NCBI RefSeq assembly: GCF_963921235.1
Contig: NC_086097.1
Location: 10,540,001-10,604,000, forward strand
Reading direction: 5' to 3'
Length of the DNA stretch: 64,000 nt
Source of the DNA: Mobula hypostoma
Lineage: Eukaryota
This document shows, in pieces, positions 61,844-64,000 of the stretch (position 1 is its first letter; each line of letters opens with the position of its first letter). Below the pieces are notes generated by a model. The model was not told where the DNA came from and ran no database searches. It saw nothing but the letters and a program-made list of their open reading frames with translations. The translations under genes and the position numbers were made by a program.

Positions 61844-63279
61844 ATTGGTGTATGTATATAAGTTAATGTATCTTATGTATTTATATTTATTGTGTTTTAT
61901 TTTTGTGTTCTTTATCTTTTTGTGTCTTTTTTTGGGCTGCATCAGATCCAGAGTACCAATTATTCTGTTCTCCTTAACACTTCTGTACTGGAAATGACAT
62001 TAAACAATCTCGAATCATGAATGTTGAGAAAATACGTAATGTTGTGTCATAATACACCGTGAGGGAAAGATTTATTATTCATTAGGAGAACATTGAGCTG
62101 TAAATGACTTTCCAATTAGTTTTCATTCAATGATCAGTACCTTATCAGGTGAATATTTTGTACTGTCACGGTCCGTTACATAGCTCTCACACAATGTTAA
62201 ATATTAATGTCTAGTGGTCAAAAGCAAAATCACTTATTTTGCTAAATGTGCATTAAGAAACACTATAGAAAATAATTATCTTATAATGTTAATATAGACT
62301 CCTAACATTAACAATTCCATGCAAATTTTCTGGGTTGGTATTGGAACAGTGAATGTTAGAAGTTTGCATATATAGTGGGGAAGATTTTTGTACTGGTGTA
62401 ATTAATGGCATTTGCTCAGTAGTGTCAGAGACATGGAATATGAGAACACAGCTGTGACTACATCTGCTGTGGCTGCTGTTTATGAGTGGGCTGTTTTATG
62501 CACAAGATGAATGATAATCAGCATGCAGGTTGACAGCTATGTTGGAAGGGAGTATCTGGTGCATTGTAATGCACAACATATCTGCTGGGCTCTTTTTCAA
62601 ATAGTATAAACTTTCGCTTGATAAAATGTTTACCCTTTCCAACTCCCAAAGAGTATAAACATAAAGAATGGTGCCTTGCAGATCTGTTCAAATGTGTACA
62701 ATATGCATTCTTCCTAACCATGAGGGAGCTCTACTCAATAACAGTGGTACGGTCCACTACCTTAATGAGGCCTTTGCAATTGTATTGTCTGATTGGTTGA
62801 GGTCCAGTTGTCTTAACTCATTAATCCCAACATATGCACTCAGCATTCTTTAAGCACATTTGTGTGCTTTAAATTGATTTCTGTTTTGTGATAGACCGTT
62901 GAAAGCACTCTGAGGACTCATTTAAGTCAACCTCAGCATTCATCTCCAGTCCCAATATTGTGTTGAGGTGTCTACCTCTGGGGCTCTTTTGCTTTATGTA
63001 AAGACAGCACTTTGAATGTTTCAAACCATTGGGGAAGAAGACAGGCTTTAATTTATTTATGATATTAAAAGAAGTTTCAGATTTAGGGTGGTAGTTCTGA
63101 ACACAGAGGAACATCCATTACTACATTTGTCAGTTGTCACATTTCATTTGCAGTGAAGTTTGTGATGCTAAAGTAAGAAAGAAGAAGAAAACAAATTGGA
63201 AAAAAAAAGCTAATGCAAAAGGTGAAAAAAGTGAAATGAAATAAAGCTAGAAAATACCAGGAAATGCATAATCAGGACA

Positions 63280-63725
63280 ATAAGACCATAAGACATAGGA
63301 ACAGAATTAGGCCATTCAGTCCATTGAGTCTACTCCAGCATTCCATCATGGGTGATTTATTAACCTCTCAACCCCATTATCCTGCCTTCTGTCCATAACC
63401 TTTGATGCCCTTACTAATCAAGAACTTGTCAGCCTCCACTCTAATTATACCTAATGGCTTGGGTACTACAGCCATCTGATTCACTACCCTCTAGCTAAGA
63501 AATTCCTCCTCATCTCTGTTCTAAATGGATATTCCTCCATACTGAGGTTGCGCCTCTAATCCAAGACTCCCCTACTATAGGAAACATCCTCTCCACATTC
63601 ACTCTGTGTAGGCCTTTCGATATTCAATAGTTTTCAATAAAATTCTCCTTCATTCTTCTAAGCTCAAGCGAGTACAGGTCCAGAACCATCAAATGCTCCT
63701 CATACATTAAACCTTTCTGTCCCGG
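63280..63725 (-). mobile_element. CR1 3' fragment
   Basis: Antisense CR1 3' UTR and (ATAAGACC)n tail. Confidence 0.8.
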
Positions 63726-63727
63726 AA

Positions 63728-64000
63728 ACATATGAAGCATGTTTGATGGTTCAGGGCCTGTATTCATTGGAATTCAGAAGAATGAGGGGTGATCTAATTG
63801 AAACCTGTTGAATGGTGAAAAGCCTTGATAGAGAGGATGTGGAGAGGATGTTTCCTGTGGTAGGAGAGTCTAAGATTAGAGGACACAGCCTCAGAATAGA
63901 GGGTTGTTCTTTTAGAATGGAGACGAGGAGGAATTTCTTTAGCCAAAGAGTGGTGAATCTGTGGAATTCATTGCCACAGACACCTGTGGAGGCCAAGTCA
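63728..64000 (+). mobile_element. CR1 3' fragment that runs off the window
   Basis: YSLEFRRMRGDLIE..RNFFSQRVVNLWNSLPQ. Confidence 0.85.

Noticed and set aside
62500..63120. Cluster of short ORFs in unique sequence
   Set aside because: No recognisable peptide or consistent splice signals; lengths are those expected by chance.
1..64000. Prokaryotic systems such as CRISPR, retron, DGR or operons, suggested by the many RT ORFs
   Set aside because: The RTs are eukaryotic CR1, L2 and Rex1 types with LINE tails and TSDs. There is no repeat-spacer array and no gene-dense organisation.

Overview
This is repeat-dense eukaryotic (vertebrate) DNA, not a prokaryotic locus. It is most likely from a cartilaginous fish such as a ray or shark; this is inferred from HE1-like V-SINEs and the mix of CR1, Rex1/Babar and Penelope elements. 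Nearly all ORF-track hits are transposon fragments or antisense noise. Main contents: (1) an internally deleted Gypsy LTR element (~3135-12181) with nested CR1, Rex1 and SINE insertions; (2) many CR1 LINEs, including a young near-complete ORF2 copy at 14229-17805; (3) an L2 fragment and many Rex1/Babar fragments; (4) Penelope-like (GIY-YIG) elements whose termini carry minimal hammerhead-ribozyme motifs, often as inverted pairs; (5) tRNA-derived V-SINEs; (6) several non-coding RTE-type non-autonomous elements; (7) mariner, Tc1 and hAT MITEs plus a Chapaev3-like transposase remnant. The best lead is a ~570-nt non-coding RTE-type family (three copies). By eye, its exact 5' end folds into an HDV/CPEB3-like ribozyme with the CPEB3 L3 sequence UUCACGU, a ~105-nt J1/2 and an unusual hairpin inserted in L3. 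One plausible host-gene exon lies on the minus strand at 40100-40225; I cannot identify the gene. All family assignments come from motif recognition by eye, with no database search, and most boundaries are approximate.
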